This document shows positions 1-9,276 of a DNA stretch of 53,331 nt, in pieces. The notes beneath the pieces were generated by a model. The model saw nothing but the letters and a program-made list of their open reading frames with translations. It was not told the DNA's origin and ran no database searches. Numbering within the stretch: position 1 is the stretch's first letter; every line of letters begins with the position of its first letter. Origin of the DNA: a virus (Duplodnaviria; Caudoviricetes); IMG/VR virus record IMGVR_UViG_3300022690_001247, positions 1-53,331 of that record, one strand, 5' to 3'. A program made the position numbers and the translations under genes.

Positions 1-144
1 TTACATATGTTACAAAGCTGTTACCTAGCACTTCTATTTTATGTCCTTGTTTCATTTTCTAACTCCTCAATTTCATTTTTTATATTATAAATAGATTTTT
101 GAATGTCTTCAGTAAATACCCCATCAAAATCCTCACCCCAGACA
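1..144. repeat. Terminal direct repeat, copy 1 (identical to 53188-53331); circular-assembly overlap
   Basis: Exact 144-bp match between both ends. It lies inside coding sequence (thyX 5' end and DUF3310 3' end). Confidence 0.95.
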
Positions 145-452
145 TTATATATAGCAGCTTTAATATATTTTGATTTTATATGATCTAATTCCACAGGACC
201 ATATACACCAGATTTTATCTTATGTGATGAATAAAATAACTTACCTTGTTCATTTAATTCCATATTACTTATTTGTCTTTCTAGATACCAGATAGCTTTT
301 TCTAAATCCTGTCCAGGATTTCCTTTATCTTTATATCGCCACATATATTTAACCGCAGTTGCAATGTTAAAAGGCCAGTTTTCAATAAACTCAATACACT
401 GAACTTTACCTTGTGCATAATACTCTGGATTTATTGGATCAGAATTTTCCAT
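39..452 (-). CDS. DUF3310 family protein (T7 gp1.7-like putative nucleotide kinase)
   Basis: INPEYY...CIEFIE...AVKYMWRYKDKG...QDLEKAIWYLER signature; adjacent to thyX across the circular junction. Confidence 0.85.
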   Translation of the reverse strand: MENSDPINPEYYAQGKVQCIEFIENWPFNIATAVKYMWRYKDKGNPGQDLEKAIWYLERQISNMELNEQGKLFYSSHKIKSGVYGPVELDHIKSKYIKAAIYNVWGEDFDGVFTEDIQKSIYNIKNEIEELENETRT

Positions 453-602
453 AATTAACCTCCTTAATTTACATATATTACTTTTTTCTCTTCTGTTACT
501 TTAAATTTATCAAGTTTATATATCTTTTGTAAAGCATATTCAATGTGTTCTATAGTTCTCTCTTCCATACTTTCAATCTTTACAAAAATATGATTTTTCA
601 TT

Positions 603-938
603 TTACCTCTTATCAATTATAATTAAGTTATATTTTTTAGCCATTTGAGACATGTTTTTAGTCCCTTTACCCCCTGGAAATAAAATAACCCTGTCCGCAT
701 ACTTAGCCATATTTTCATTTCTAATAGGTCCTGCTGCTTTACTATATTTAATCCAGTCGGCTTTAAATGTTGTAACTGGTATTTCGGATATTTCACGCCC
801 GAAGAATTTACCACACTCATCAACGCCGCTTGCACCGCCATTAACAACCTCTGTGATTTTTGGGTTTAAATAGACTAAGAATTTATAATCATCTGGTTTT
901 AGCCAGTAATCTCTGCCACCTGCGATAATAGTTTTCAT
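603..938 (-). CDS. DUF2493 / SLOG (YspA-like) family protein
   Basis: MKTIIAGGRDY, GGASGVD, ADW..YSKAAGPIRN, FPGGKGT motifs; likely start at 938 rather than 1010. Confidence 0.85.
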   Translation of the reverse strand: MKTIIAGGRDYWLKPDDYKFLVYLNPKITEVVNGGASGVDECGKFFGREISEIPVTTFKADWIKYSKAAGPIRNENMAKYADRVILFPGGKGTKNMSQMAKKYNLIIIDKR

Positions 939-1160
939 ATCGCGAAATATATTATTAAAAACAATGCCCCAAACAAAACTAGGATGCCTACCAATATATA
1001 CATAAGACATCCGGAGGCTTCATCTAATGACTTTTTTGCTATGCCTCTTATTTCTTTATCTATCATGTTATCCACCATATCCCTATTGTTACTAGAATTA
1101 TTAGTATAGCTATAATTATTAACTGTATTGTCATTTTTAAATTCATAGTTGCTCCTTTGT

Positions 1161-1397
1161 TTAATCTGGAAATTTACTACTATTATTAATTCCCCATTCT
1201 CTCATATCTTTAGCACATTCACGAGCTTTAAATACTTTAGAAGGATCACAATTAACTAATTCAGCAAAACTAGCCCAAGCTTCAATTAATATTGGAGATA
1301 GTTTATCTTGTGCCCTTAATACAAATATCGGCTCATTTTCTTCAGCTTTATTTAAGCATGAATTAGGGTTTGCAATTTCAAGTTTTTTTAATCCCAT
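1161..1397 (-). CDS. Conserved phage hypothetical protein
   Basis: EPIFVLRAQDKL..AWA motif, which I recall from small phage proteins. Confidence 0.65.
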   Translation of the reverse strand: MGLKKLEIANPNSCLNKAEENEPIFVLRAQDKLSPILIEAWASFAELVNCDPSKVFKARECAKDMREWGINNSSKFPD

Positions 1398-1399
1398 TT

Positions 1400-1681
1400 T
1401 TACTCCTCTATTAGTGCGTGTAATTTTTTTAGTTCGCCTTGAATAAGTGTTTCAGATATAGACATGTAGGGTGCAGGTGCCCAAAGTAATTCGGTTTTTG
1501 CCTGTTCGTCTACCATTTTTTTTATCTTGTCTAATTTATCATGTAGTTCAACCATACTATCATATAAATCTTTTATAAAAAGAGAGGTTAGCTCCTGTTC
1601 TCCAGCGACTGAAAAAGCTTCTGGATCTTCACTCTCAGCTTTACAGATCCATTCTTTTTGTAATTCTCTTAAACTCAGCAT
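1400..1681 (-). CDS. Hypothetical protein
   Basis: ORF in a tightly packed minus-strand operon. Confidence 0.55.
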   Translation of the reverse strand: MLSLRELQKEWICKAESEDPEAFSVAGEQELTSLFIKDLYDSMVELHDKLDKIKKMVDEQAKTELLWAPAPYMSISETLIQGELKKLHALIEE

Positions 1682-1869
1682 TTAAAACCCCGATTCCATT
1701 TAATAATTGCTTCACTTTTAATATCACTCTCTGGTCCTTGCGCTTTACAAGTAAGACAAATAACATAACTTCCGATATGTTGTAAAGTGTAAACCTGTAA
1801 TCCATCTACTAACCGATTTTCTTTACAAAAAGGACACGGTTTTAATTTAGATTGGAATAATTTTGTCAT
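1675..1869 (-). CDS. Lar-like restriction alleviation zinc-ribbon protein
   Basis: LKPCPFC...VICLTCKAQGP...AIIKWNR pattern of the Lar family. Confidence 0.75.
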   Translation of the reverse strand: MTKLFQSKLKPCPFCKENRLVDGLQVYTLQHIGSYVICLTCKAQGPESDIKSEAIIKWNRGFKC

Positions 1870-2306
1870 TCAAAACCCACTGTCTTATATACAATCTCAC
1901 CTATTTTTAATAAAGCTAATTGTTCTTTAGTAATCTCTACTGTTGTTGAATCCCCTATACCATAAGACCCAAATGTCCATTGCTTGTATGGCTCATAGGC
2001 ATTCATATATTCTTTTATATACATATAATTTTGAAAACAATCTCCACTATGTTTTATACATAAGAATAAATCTCCTTTTTTTAATCTGCCTTCTAAAAAA
2101 CAGTCTCCTATTCTTACGGTTTTTGGATCGGTTATTCTCCAAAGTTTTCCTACAAGACCATCAATACGGTGCTCACCTCTTCCACAAGGAGAAGTCTGAA
2201 CAAATGTATGATCACCATAAAATTCTTGTTCAATTTCTTTAAATACATTTTTTATATTTTTCATATAATTAAAACCTCCATACATATTTAACACCACGGC
2301 CGTCAA
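1866..2306 (-). CDS. Hypothetical protein
   Basis: Packed ORF; true start probably near 2264 (MKNIK). Confidence 0.55.
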   Translation of the reverse strand: MTAVVLNMYGGFNYMKNIKNVFKEIEQEFYGDHTFVQTSPCGRGEHRIDGLVGKLWRITDPKTVRIGDCFLEGRLKKGDLFLCIKHSGDCFQNYMYIKEYMNAYEPYKQWTFGSYGIGDSTTVEITKEQLALLKIGEIVYKTVGFE

Positions 2307-2502
2307 TAAAAAAGCCTTTAAGTAAGCCTATAGAAAATACTTCAGCACCTAATAATTTTAGATCATAATCATCTCGTCTAAAACCGTATCCGTAAGTTAT
2401 TATTCCAGAGATCATTAGGCTCCAACTAGAGTTTGAGGGTTTGGAGAAACTATCCCCAGTCAATAGTATGACTGTCAAAATGAGAACAACCAGGTTTTTC
2501 AA
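2269..2502 (-). CDS. Small membrane/secreted protein
   Basis: MK plus hydrophobic signal-like N-terminus. Confidence 0.45.
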   Translation of the reverse strand: MKNLVVLILTVILLTGDSFSKPSNSSWSLMISGIITYGYGFRRDDYDLKLLGAEVFSIGLLKGFFIDGRGVKYVWRF

Positions 2503-2974
2503 TTTTAACCCCCTCTATTATTAATGCTGTAACTTGTCTAATCATTACATTTTCACGGTCTACATTATCGAAGTCACTCCATTGTGTTAATATTACTATA
2601 GACCTTTCTTGCAGGAATCCTAGAATCTTAGATGTTTTATTCCAGTTATTAATTAATATAGTTCCTATTTCAGGCTTCATTTGTTTAACTTCTTTGGTTT
2701 TAATAGGTATGTTTTTTACGTCTCCAATATTAATTGGTATATCAGAGGGTTGTGTTACAATAGAACTCAAGATATTATCAGAACCCATAGTATAGATAGG
2801 TAAAGAGAAAGCCCTGCATATATTTTTAAAGTCTTCGGAAACAGGTGAGCCGGTTAAGCTGTGTTCGTTATATGAAATAAACCAGGAATTTAAAATCTCT
2901 TGATTCACATAATCTATATCATAAATTACAGATAAGGTATACTTTTGTAATGTAGTTATATCTTCTATTTTCAT
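2450..2974 (-). CDS. Hypothetical protein
   Basis: ATGA overlap with the upstream gene. Confidence 0.55.
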   Translation of the reverse strand: MKIEDITTLQKYTLSVIYDIDYVNQEILNSWFISYNEHSLTGSPVSEDFKNICRAFSLPIYTMGSDNILSSIVTQPSDIPINIGDVKNIPIKTKEVKQMKPEIGTILINNWNKTSKILGFLQERSIVILTQWSDFDNVDRENVMIRQVTALIIEGVKIEKPGCSHFDSHTIDWG

Positions 2975-3186
2975 TTTTTCTCCTTGTTGTAAACAGCCGA
3001 AACGCTTTTTCTAACAGCTTCAATATAGTTTAAACTTACAATTTTAGTATCTTCTTGTCCCTTTCTATAATTTATCCAGACTTCTTTTTGTAAACCTCTA
3101 GGAACCATTTCCCAGTGTTTCAAACACATATGAAATTTAGGCAGTATTTCTACTTGACAACCTACTGCATGACATACATGCTTCAC
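2971..3186 (-). CDS. Conserved phage Cys/His protein
   Basis: HxCHAxGC...MCxxHWxMVPxxLQxEVW pattern. Confidence 0.65.
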   Translation of the reverse strand: MKHVCHAVGCQVEILPKFHMCLKHWEMVPRGLQKEVWINYRKGQEDTKIVSLNYIEAVRKSVSAVYNKEKK

Positions 3187-3473
3187 TTTATAACTCCAAT
3201 ATTGCGAAATATAATATCAAACTTACCGGTTTCGAAGTTCTTTTTTATTTGCTTAACCTGATCTCTGTTCAATACATCATTTTCATTATCAAATATCGGG
3301 TGTCTGGGGTTCATTATGTATATTAGTGTTGCATAAATCTCATTTTTTACAGCTATATTCTGCCACCCTTCCTTTAATTTAATGTAATCTTTTACTAACT
3401 GATATTTATCAATCTGGTATAACTTTTGTTCCAGTGCGTTCATGCGAACTTCATTTACTTTATTGTTATTCAT
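3183..3473 (-). CDS. Hypothetical protein
   Basis: ATGA-coupled ORF. Confidence 0.55.
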   Translation of the reverse strand: MNNNKVNEVRMNALEQKLYQIDKYQLVKDYIKLKEGWQNIAVKNEIYATLIYIMNPRHPIFDNENDVLNRDQVKQIKKNFETGKFDIIFRNIGVIK

Positions 3474-3688
3474 AATGATTCCTTTATTCGATATATTAGT
3501 AAAAATATTAACCCCAACGCCAATAAAGTTATATAAGTTTGAAGAATATAATATTCTGTATTTGGTACAGGTGATCCTTTGGATATTACTTTTGATAATT
3601 TTCTTTCAAAATCTACTAGTAAAGTACATAAGACTGCTAAAATTAAAATAGCTCCTATAAATACACTTAGTTCTTTACTTTCCAACAT
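3470..3688 (-). CDS. Two-TM membrane protein
   Basis: Two long hydrophobic segments. Confidence 0.55.
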   Translation of the reverse strand: MLESKELSVFIGAILILAVLCTLLVDFERKLSKVISKGSPVPNTEYYILQTYITLLALGLIFLLIYRIKESL

Positions 3689-3944
3689 AACTGCCCTCTT
3701 CTATAACTTTAAACCGGCCCGCTGGAACTAAAATACAATCTACTTCAGTTATTCCGATGGGCGTTTCCTGGTGATGGATTATTACGATACATACACTGGA
3801 AAGTGTATCAACTATATATTCTAAATGATATTTGGGTTTAGTGATTTTTATCTCTTCAGATTTTCGAAAAAATAAAGTAATAACTATGATAATAAGTATA
3901 CCTACAGCCGTTAACCATATACCTTTTTCTAAAGTTTGATTCAC
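3675..3944 (-). CDS. Membrane-anchored protein (DUF6440-like)
   Basis: N-terminal TM, then YIVDT..VC...GITEVDC. Confidence 0.5.
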   Translation of the reverse strand: MNQTLEKGIWLTAVGILIIIVITLFFRKSEEIKITKPKYHLEYIVDTLSSVCIVIIHHQETPIGITEVDCILVPAGRFKVIEEGSYVGK

Positions 3945-4264
3945 ATTAACCTCTCATGTTTTGAAACTTGCTCAACTATATACTCCTGGTCTAGCTTAAT
4001 CATTACTCTTCTAAACGAACTCAAAAGTTTTACTCTAAATTTGTATTGAACGTAATTTGGCTGGCTATGGGTGTCTACTAAATTATCTAAGTTTTGAAAA
4101 AATGCGTGTACTGCAATTACTTCAATTAATCTTGCAAACCGGGCGTACCCTGCAATTGTAACCATTCTATCTTCAGGGTTATATTTTAGTACTACTGTCT
4201 CGTCATCTAGTGAGATTTTATATTTTTCTATCATGATTTTAATTCCTTTTCCAGTGTGTTGCAC
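3941..4264 (-). CDS. Hypothetical protein
   Basis: Packed ORF; probable start 4234. Confidence 0.5.
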   Translation of the reverse strand: MQHTGKGIKIMIEKYKISLDDETVVLKYNPEDRMVTIAGYARFARLIEVIAVHAFFQNLDNLVDTHSQPNYVQYKFRVKLLSSFRRVMIKLDQEYIVEQVSKHERLM

Positions 4265-4416
4265 GCGTCCCTTATAATTTCTATGTTCCCCAGTGCTAAT
4301 TTTTTATGAATTTGTACACCTTCAAAACTTGCTAAATTATCGATAGTATCTAAACAAGTTTCCAGTTCATTCACAAAAAATTTTAAGTGGGTTATTTCTT
4401 TGTGGGACTGAATCAT
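4231..4416 (-). CDS. Hypothetical protein
   Basis: GGAG SD upstream; packed operon. Confidence 0.5.
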   Translation of the reverse strand: MIQSHKEITHLKFFVNELETCLDTIDNLASFEGVQIHKKLALGNIEIIRDACNTLEKELKS

Positions 4417-4579
4417 TATTGATTTTCTCCCACATAGGTTTCTATTGCGTAGAGAAGGTTTTGATATATAGTAGTTTCAATATTTGATTCTATAATATCG
4501 TCATCTACTATTGCTTTTTTTAGGATGATCAATAATGCGTCTGCTTCATCTTCTGTTAATTGTAAACGCACCCAGTTCA

Positions 4580-4765
4580 TCATCTCAAATCCTCCGGGAC
4601 CTTATTCAAAGCTTGAATCGTTTGGTTTAAAACCTCGAATATCCCTTTTGTGTCGACTAAAGTATAATGCATAATAGCCCAATTTACCTGACTTTTTAAA
4701 GCAGCATATTTCTTTTCAATTGTTGTGCAATCAGCGAAAAGTTGTTCTGGTAAAATTTCGCTCAT
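4580..4765 (-). CDS. Hypothetical protein
   Basis: GGAGA SD; ATGA coupling. Confidence 0.5.
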   Translation of the reverse strand: MSEILPEQLFADCTTIEKKYAALKSQVNWAIMHYTLVDTKGIFEVLNQTIQALNKVPEDLR

Positions 4766-5130
4766 GTCAAACTCTCCGGTACCTTGCCGTCTTTAGTAAG
4801 AGGTTTCCATTCTTCAATTGGAAATCCATTTCCAATATCAAATTCATCATGACTATTATGAATTAATAATTTCCCATCTTGGCCAAATTTTCCAGTAGAA
4901 ATTTTTGGATACCAACTTTTATGGCTTGGGTATTTAACCATCACCACCGTACCATTTGGGGGAGCCTCTCTATGTTTATAATGTAAGTTATATCTTTCTG
5001 CTTCAGCTATTAAATTGTTTGGCATTTCTGATTTTCTGAAGGGGCTTAAAATCATTAAAATTATAGATTCCAAAGCTTCAATTTTCATCTGTTTTGTAAC
5101 CATTATCTCACCCTCATAGGTACGTGACAT
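4762..5130 (-). CDS. Hypothetical protein
   Basis: Packed ORF; probable start 5103. Confidence 0.5.
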   Translation of the reverse strand: MSRTYEGEIMVTKQMKIEALESIILMILSPFRKSEMPNNLIAEAERYNLHYKHREAPPNGTVVMVKYPSHKSWYPKISTGKFGQDGKLLIHNSHDEFDIGNGFPIEEWKPLTKDGKVPESLT

Positions 5131-5351
5131 CTAGGGCACGGTTTCCAGCCCGCGCCTAGCTTTTTAATAAAGACGTTGCCTTTTTTAGCTTTTCCGGTTT
5201 CATCTGTGAATACTGTAGTATAATTTTTATGACCTATACGAAACTGAACTCCACAATAATCTTCGTATAGAGAATCCTGATGAGTGCCTACACACAGGGC
5301 TAACTCACCCTGGTCTGTCTGGTAATATTCGTCAACTTTAAATTTAAGCAT
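5103..5351 (-). CDS. Hypothetical protein
   Basis: AAGGA SD upstream. Confidence 0.5.
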   Translation of the reverse strand: MLKFKVDEYYQTDQGELALCVGTHQDSLYEDYCGVQFRIGHKNYTTVFTDETGKAKKGNVFIKKLGAGWKPCPRCHVPMRVR

Positions 5352-5514
5352 TTTTGAGTCCTTTTAGTGTAAGTCGTATTGCCAATTATGCATTCGATCA
5401 CAGCGTGCACATGTATACTCTCCAAATTTAGATCGGTGATTTTCATGAGCCCCTGTCTCTAACCAGTCATGGCCTCTTAAAAAACAGTAAACTTTTATTA
5501 AAAATTTAATCATC

Positions 5515-5838
5515 TTAATTCACTCCCCGAACCCAGTAACCGGGTAGTTCCGGGGTCTTGTCTACATTGTTTAAGGCGTTGTAAAAGGTGTTAATTTCAT
5601 TCGCCGCATAAGTATTTTTGTCAGTGATTGCAGCGTTATACATGGCTTTCCAGCTTTCCAGCGGGTTTTCAGGGACTACCCAACAGTCGTTAATCTCTTC
5701 GTACTCGTTATCTAACTTAGATCCGGGATTTTTTACGGCCAACTCCCCTAAGTAATCCCAGGCTTCTTCAATTGTGTACTCTATACCTTCGATTGTGATT
5801 TTCGTTTCCATTTCGTTTCCTTTTGTTAACTCATCCAT
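5515..5838 (-). CDS. Acidic early hypothetical protein
   Basis: First gene after a sigma70-like promoter; alternative start at 5811 with an AAGGA SD. Confidence 0.6.
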   Translation of the reverse strand: MDELTKGNEMETKITIEGIEYTIEEAWDYLGELAVKNPGSKLDNEYEEINDCWVVPENPLESWKAMYNAAITDKNTYAANEINTFYNALNNVDKTPELPGYWVRGVN

Positions 5839-5844
5839 ATTCTT

Positions 5845-5873
5845 ATAATACTACAAAATAATACGTTTGTCAA
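5845..5873 (-). promoter_or_regulatory. Sigma70-type early promoter
   Basis: TTGACA-17 nt-TATTAT on the minus strand in an intergenic gap. Confidence 0.75.
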
Positions 5874-5881
5874 CAAAATAA

Positions 5882-6445
5882 TTAATTATTTTTAATCCTT
5901 TCGAGTAATCTTGGGAAAGGTTCAGTTCTCCAGTCCCAAATATGAAACCATTTCTCCGCGGTGTATTTTTCAGGATTAAAATAAATTGAGATCATGCAGT
6001 CTTTTGGATAAACGTCCTTACAGCCTTTAAATTTTAGGCGACCTTTTAGAGCTACCATGACAGCTTTTTCGTAAACCCAATCATAAACCCAATTTGCAGA
6101 ACATAATGGTGTCAACATAACAGTTTGAGCACCTAATAAGCTTTCAATATAGCACTGTTGAGCCCATCCATGACTTATTTCCTTAAATGGTGGGTTTAGC
6201 CAGTTCCATTTTTTCTTAGGCCAGTCACGGACTAAAGCCCCGTCCCCATCATTCTCTGGAGAAAAAAAGTTCAGACATTTTTTATTTCCAGCGTGGGCGG
6301 CTAAATCGAATTGAAAATTAAAACGGTTACTTATAATTTTAAAGAAATCATCAGGAGTTTCGTAATCCTGTTTTGTTTGATTTTTATCCCGTGGTCTGGT
6401 TGCGTTGGGTTTAGATACCATTACGCGTTCTCCAGCGGGCACCAA
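5882..6445 (-). CDS. dam: Phage DNA N6-adenine methyltransferase (Dam-like, PF05869 type)
   Basis: YETPDDFF, FDLAA, WLNPPF catalytic motif, GRLKF. Confidence 0.85.
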   Translation of the reverse strand: MVPAGERVMVSKPNATRPRDKNQTKQDYETPDDFFKIISNRFNFQFDLAAHAGNKKCLNFFSPENDGDGALVRDWPKKKWNWLNPPFKEISHGWAQQCYIESLLGAQTVMLTPLCSANWVYDWVYEKAVMVALKGRLKFKGCKDVYPKDCMISIYFNPEKYTAEKWFHIWDWRTEPFPRLLERIKNN

Positions 6446-6743
6446 TCGGGGATTTTGGTGGAATTTGGAATGGGCGTTAATTTAAGATTACACAAATCCG
6501 GGTTCAAAGGAAATGGGTCCGTTCGCATATACGGACAATGCTCACAATCCTCAATTACTTCGGGTAGGGTTTTAGACATCATTCACCCCCACATTTATGG
6601 ATAGGATCTAAATTTTCTATTTTTGCTCTGACTTCCTCTAATTGTCTGGCCGGTCCGTAAATCAAAAAGAAATCCCCATTCAAACTGTCAATTTTATCTA
6701 ACAATTTTTTTTCTTTAGCCTTTAATTCTTCTATTCCCATGAT

Positions 6744-6980
6744 TTAATCCTTTGTGCATAGGTGGATAGATTTCCATCCTTTTGGGGTTACACGATAAAT
6801 AACATCATCTCCCATCCAACTTGGTGGAGTATGTTTAGTAGCATAACCGCCTTTTACAAGCTTCTCAAACTCCTCAGAATCTTTACATCCAAGGTCTGTC
6901 CCAAACCAATTTCGATCACTTTTATCGTTAGCTCCTAAAGCATGCTTCATTAAACCCTGTTGGAATTCAGTTATTTCCAT
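6744..6980 (-). CDS. Conserved phage hypothetical protein (winged-helix-like)
   Basis: MKHALG..RNWF...LVKGGYA...YRVTPKG. Confidence 0.55.
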   Translation of the reverse strand: MEITEFQQGLMKHALGANDKSDRNWFGTDLGCKDSEEFEKLVKGGYATKHTPPSWMGDDVIYRVTPKGWKSIHLCTKD

Positions 6981-7040
6981 TCTTTATTTCTCGAAGCCAT
7001 TCTAAATAGGTACAACCGGCATGGTGGTTAAAGTTAGGTT

Positions 7041-7370
7041 TCATAATTTCCCCAGCTTAGGAACTCCTATCATGCCGTCCGGAGGCTCCTGGTCTTTCTG
7101 TCTTTTTAGAATTGTTTTTTTATAATACTCAGCTATCATCATACTGAAATTAGCTATATCCGCACATTCCCCTATTATATCGATATCGTCTCTTCCGTTA
7201 TATTCAAGGACCTCAACGACTTCAGCTTTAACCAAATGTTTAAATTTCTTAGAGTGTTTGATTGCTGCCACCTTTATTTTAAAGAAATCTTCAGTATGAG
7301 AATTTTTCTTCCATGAACAATTTTCACAATTCGCAAAACTTCCATTTTTAAGTAATTTTATTTTCATCAT
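7041..7370 (-). CDS. Hypothetical protein
   Basis: CxxC motif and an ECADIANFSMMIA MazG-like tail. Confidence 0.5.
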   Translation of the reverse strand: MMKIKLLKNGSFANCENCSWKKNSHTEDFFKIKVAAIKHSKKFKHLVKAEVVEVLEYNGRDDIDIIGECADIANFSMMIAEYYKKTILKRQKDQEPPDGMIGVPKLGKL

Positions 7371-7382
7371 TCACCCCCATAG

Positions 7383-7613
7383 TTATACAATTGTAAATTT
7401 CATTTTCAAACCATTTTTAATTGGGCATGTTTTTGGTGGTTCTATCGTTGTTAAGCCATAATTGCAAGTTCCCCCGCCAATAGGGCACTCAATGCTTTCA
7501 GGATAGATATCTCGTTTAATTGCTTGTATAATTGGGCAATATTCCCATTCATGAGCTTCTAACCCCTCTCCTTGTTTATATATTTCTACACGGATTTTTT
7601 TTATTTTACTCAT
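7383..7613 (-). CDS. Cys-rich hypothetical protein
   Basis: Packed ORF with GGAG SD. Confidence 0.5.
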   Translation of the reverse strand: MSKIKKIRVEIYKQGEGLEAHEWEYCPIIQAIKRDIYPESIECPIGGGTCNYGLTTIEPPKTCPIKNGLKMKFTIV

Positions 7614-7825
7614 TTATCACTCCCACATTTATGGATAGGATTGGTACAACCGGGATGATGAGCCACTGCACTAATGTAAACTTGATTCCAAAAAATAAAT
7701 TTACACCCTTCAACTTCAACAGTACTGTATGGAATATTTTTTAATTTTTCGTCTAACCTTTTCTTATACTTCTCCTCATTCGGTGAGCAAAATATCAAGG
7801 CTAGGAAAAGTGGTAGGTAGTTCAT
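7610..7825 (-). CDS. Putative lipoprotein/secreted small protein
   Basis: Hydrophobic N-terminus with Cys; VEGCKFI...HHPGCTNPIH. Confidence 0.55.
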   Translation of the reverse strand: MNYLPLFLALIFCSPNEEKYKKRLDEKLKNIPYSTVEVEGCKFIFWNQVYISAVAHHPGCTNPIHKCGSDK

Positions 7826-8232
7826 GATTTTTTATCCTTTATTGTGGTACATCTAACTGAATCACTGTCTAATTCAAACATAGGATCATCGATGGGGTAA
7901 CTGCCTCTCAAAAGCCTAACACTCCGGGCGATGTATTTCCTCATTTCTAGAATACTTACACCTTCAGGCATTTCTAAAGTTACTTTAAATGAGGTTTTTA
8001 ATTTTAATTTATTTCTGTATTTTTCCTTACGATATTCCGACCATTTTTCTTTAGTTTTATTCAGGTATTTTCTACTATACTGTCTCATCTTTTCAGGATT
8101 TTTTATTCTCCATTTATTTATACTGTTTTTAATGCTTTTATTTTTCCCTTCTTGGCATTTTGTCTTATTACAGTACTTAGTTCTGAAATGTCCTGAATAT
8201 ATTTTATTACATATGATACATGTATATTTCAT
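7822..8232 (-). CDS. Zinc-finger basic protein
   Basis: CIIC...YCNKTKC followed by a K/R-rich region. Confidence 0.55.
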   Translation of the reverse strand: MKYTCIICNKIYSGHFRTKYCNKTKCQEGKNKSIKNSINKWRIKNPEKMRQYSRKYLNKTKEKWSEYRKEKYRNKLKLKTSFKVTLEMPEGVSILEMRKYIARSVRLLRGSYPIDDPMFELDSDSVRCTTIKDKKS

Positions 8233-8435
8233 TACACAGTTCTCCTCACACGGCTAAACTTTTTATCATCGATAGCGGTTTGGACTGCCAACTCCCAGTC
8301 CTCGTTACTCAGGTTATATTTTTCTAGATCCACTGGGTCACCATACCCGAATTTTAGGAAGGCTTTCAGTTCTTCTTTGGTGTGCTCAGAGATACAGTAT
8401 AGAGCGAACGCGAAACCGTTTAGTGATAGTGTCAT
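8232..8435 (-). CDS. Hypothetical protein
   Basis: Packed ORF. Confidence 0.5.
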   Translation of the reverse strand: MTLSLNGFAFALYCISEHTKEELKAFLKFGYGDPVDLEKYNLSNEDWELAVQTAIDDKKFSRVRRTV

Positions 8436-8642
8436 TTATTTAATTTCCTTTAAGCCATCTAAAATTAGTTTACGTCTAGAAATTTCGGCTAAAAGTATTT
8501 GCAATTGATCCTGTAGAAGTTCTTTATGAATGTCGGGTTTATTATCTATTAAAGAATTTAAAGCTTCTTGTTTAGCATAACATACAGCTAATTCGCATGA
8601 AAAAATACTTATAAGCATTTCTATTTCTATTGGTTTGTTCAT
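8436..8642 (-). CDS. Hypothetical protein
   Basis: Packed ORF. Confidence 0.5.
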   Translation of the reverse strand: MNKPIEIEMLISIFSCELAVCYAKQEALNSLIDNKPDIHKELLQDQLQILLAEISRRKLILDGLKEIK

Positions 8643-8655
8643 AATTATATACTTG

Positions 8656-8940
8656 CTATTCGAACCGGTTACCTAAGCTAGTTGCGACTATAAATTCACT
8701 TACCATTAATTCAGCGGTTAACTTCCTTACTGCTGGATTACAAGTTACAAAAGAAAAATATAGGTTGGCTCCCGCTAAGGTTACGTGCTTAAGTCCTTTA
8801 ACGGCTGTGTCTGAGTTAAACTTTCCCTTATCTAATAGCTTCTGGTAATTCTTAAGTAAGGGGAAAGTTAAGGTATTATATAGTGTGTTATCGTTATCGA
8901 TAAAAATCTTTAGGTCTTCTGCTAAGTCTAAGTCAGTCAT
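8656..8940 (-). CDS. Conserved phage early hypothetical protein
   Basis: LKIFIDND..LY...P.LKN..K...KGKF...AVK pattern, which I recall from environmental phages. Confidence 0.6.
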   Translation of the reverse strand: MTDLDLAEDLKIFIDNDNTLYNTLTFPLLKNYQKLLDKGKFNSDTAVKGLKHVTLAGANLYFSFVTCNPAVRKLTAELMVSEFIVATSLGNRFE

Positions 8941-9218
8941 TATTTTTTCCCTAGTTCACTGTTTATTGCATATTCTAATTCTATTCTTAAGTCTAACAAG
9001 CAAGTAATACCTTCAGGGTATACTATAAAGGTTCTTACATTATCATAACTAAAAATTTTTATTTCTCTAATAATTAAGCAGTTATTAATAATTACTTTTG
9101 CAATAGCTTTTAAAGGTTTAGCACTTTGAAGTTTTTCTTGATCATTAGGATAATAAATAGTTAAGTCTGTAATAGTTAAGTTCTCTGATAATTCTTTAGG
9201 TAAGCTTAAGTCAGTCAT
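8940..9218 (-). CDS. SpoVG-like nucleic-acid-binding protein
   Basis: ITD..I...LKAIAKVIINNCLIIREIKI....FIVYP parallels SpoVG ITDVR..MKAVASITFDxxFVIHDIKV...FIAMP. Confidence 0.65.
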   Translation of the reverse strand: MTDLSLPKELSENLTITDLTIYYPNDQEKLQSAKPLKAIAKVIINNCLIIREIKIFSYDNVRTFIVYPEGITCLLDLRIELEYAINSELGKK

Positions 9219-9247
9219 TTTTATTTCCTTACGTTATCCATATTCTA

Positions 9248-9276
9248 AGTATAACTCCTTTTACATAAGAATGCAA
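9248..9276 (-). promoter_or_regulatory. Sigma70-type early promoter driving the leftward arm
   Basis: TTGCAT-17 nt-TATACT, with an AT-rich UP-like tract upstream. Confidence 0.7.

Noticed and set aside
1-144. 144-bp terminal repeat as a physical virion DTR
   Set aside because: It cuts through two coding genes and looks like an assembler circular overlap. The PBSX-type terL suggests headful packaging.
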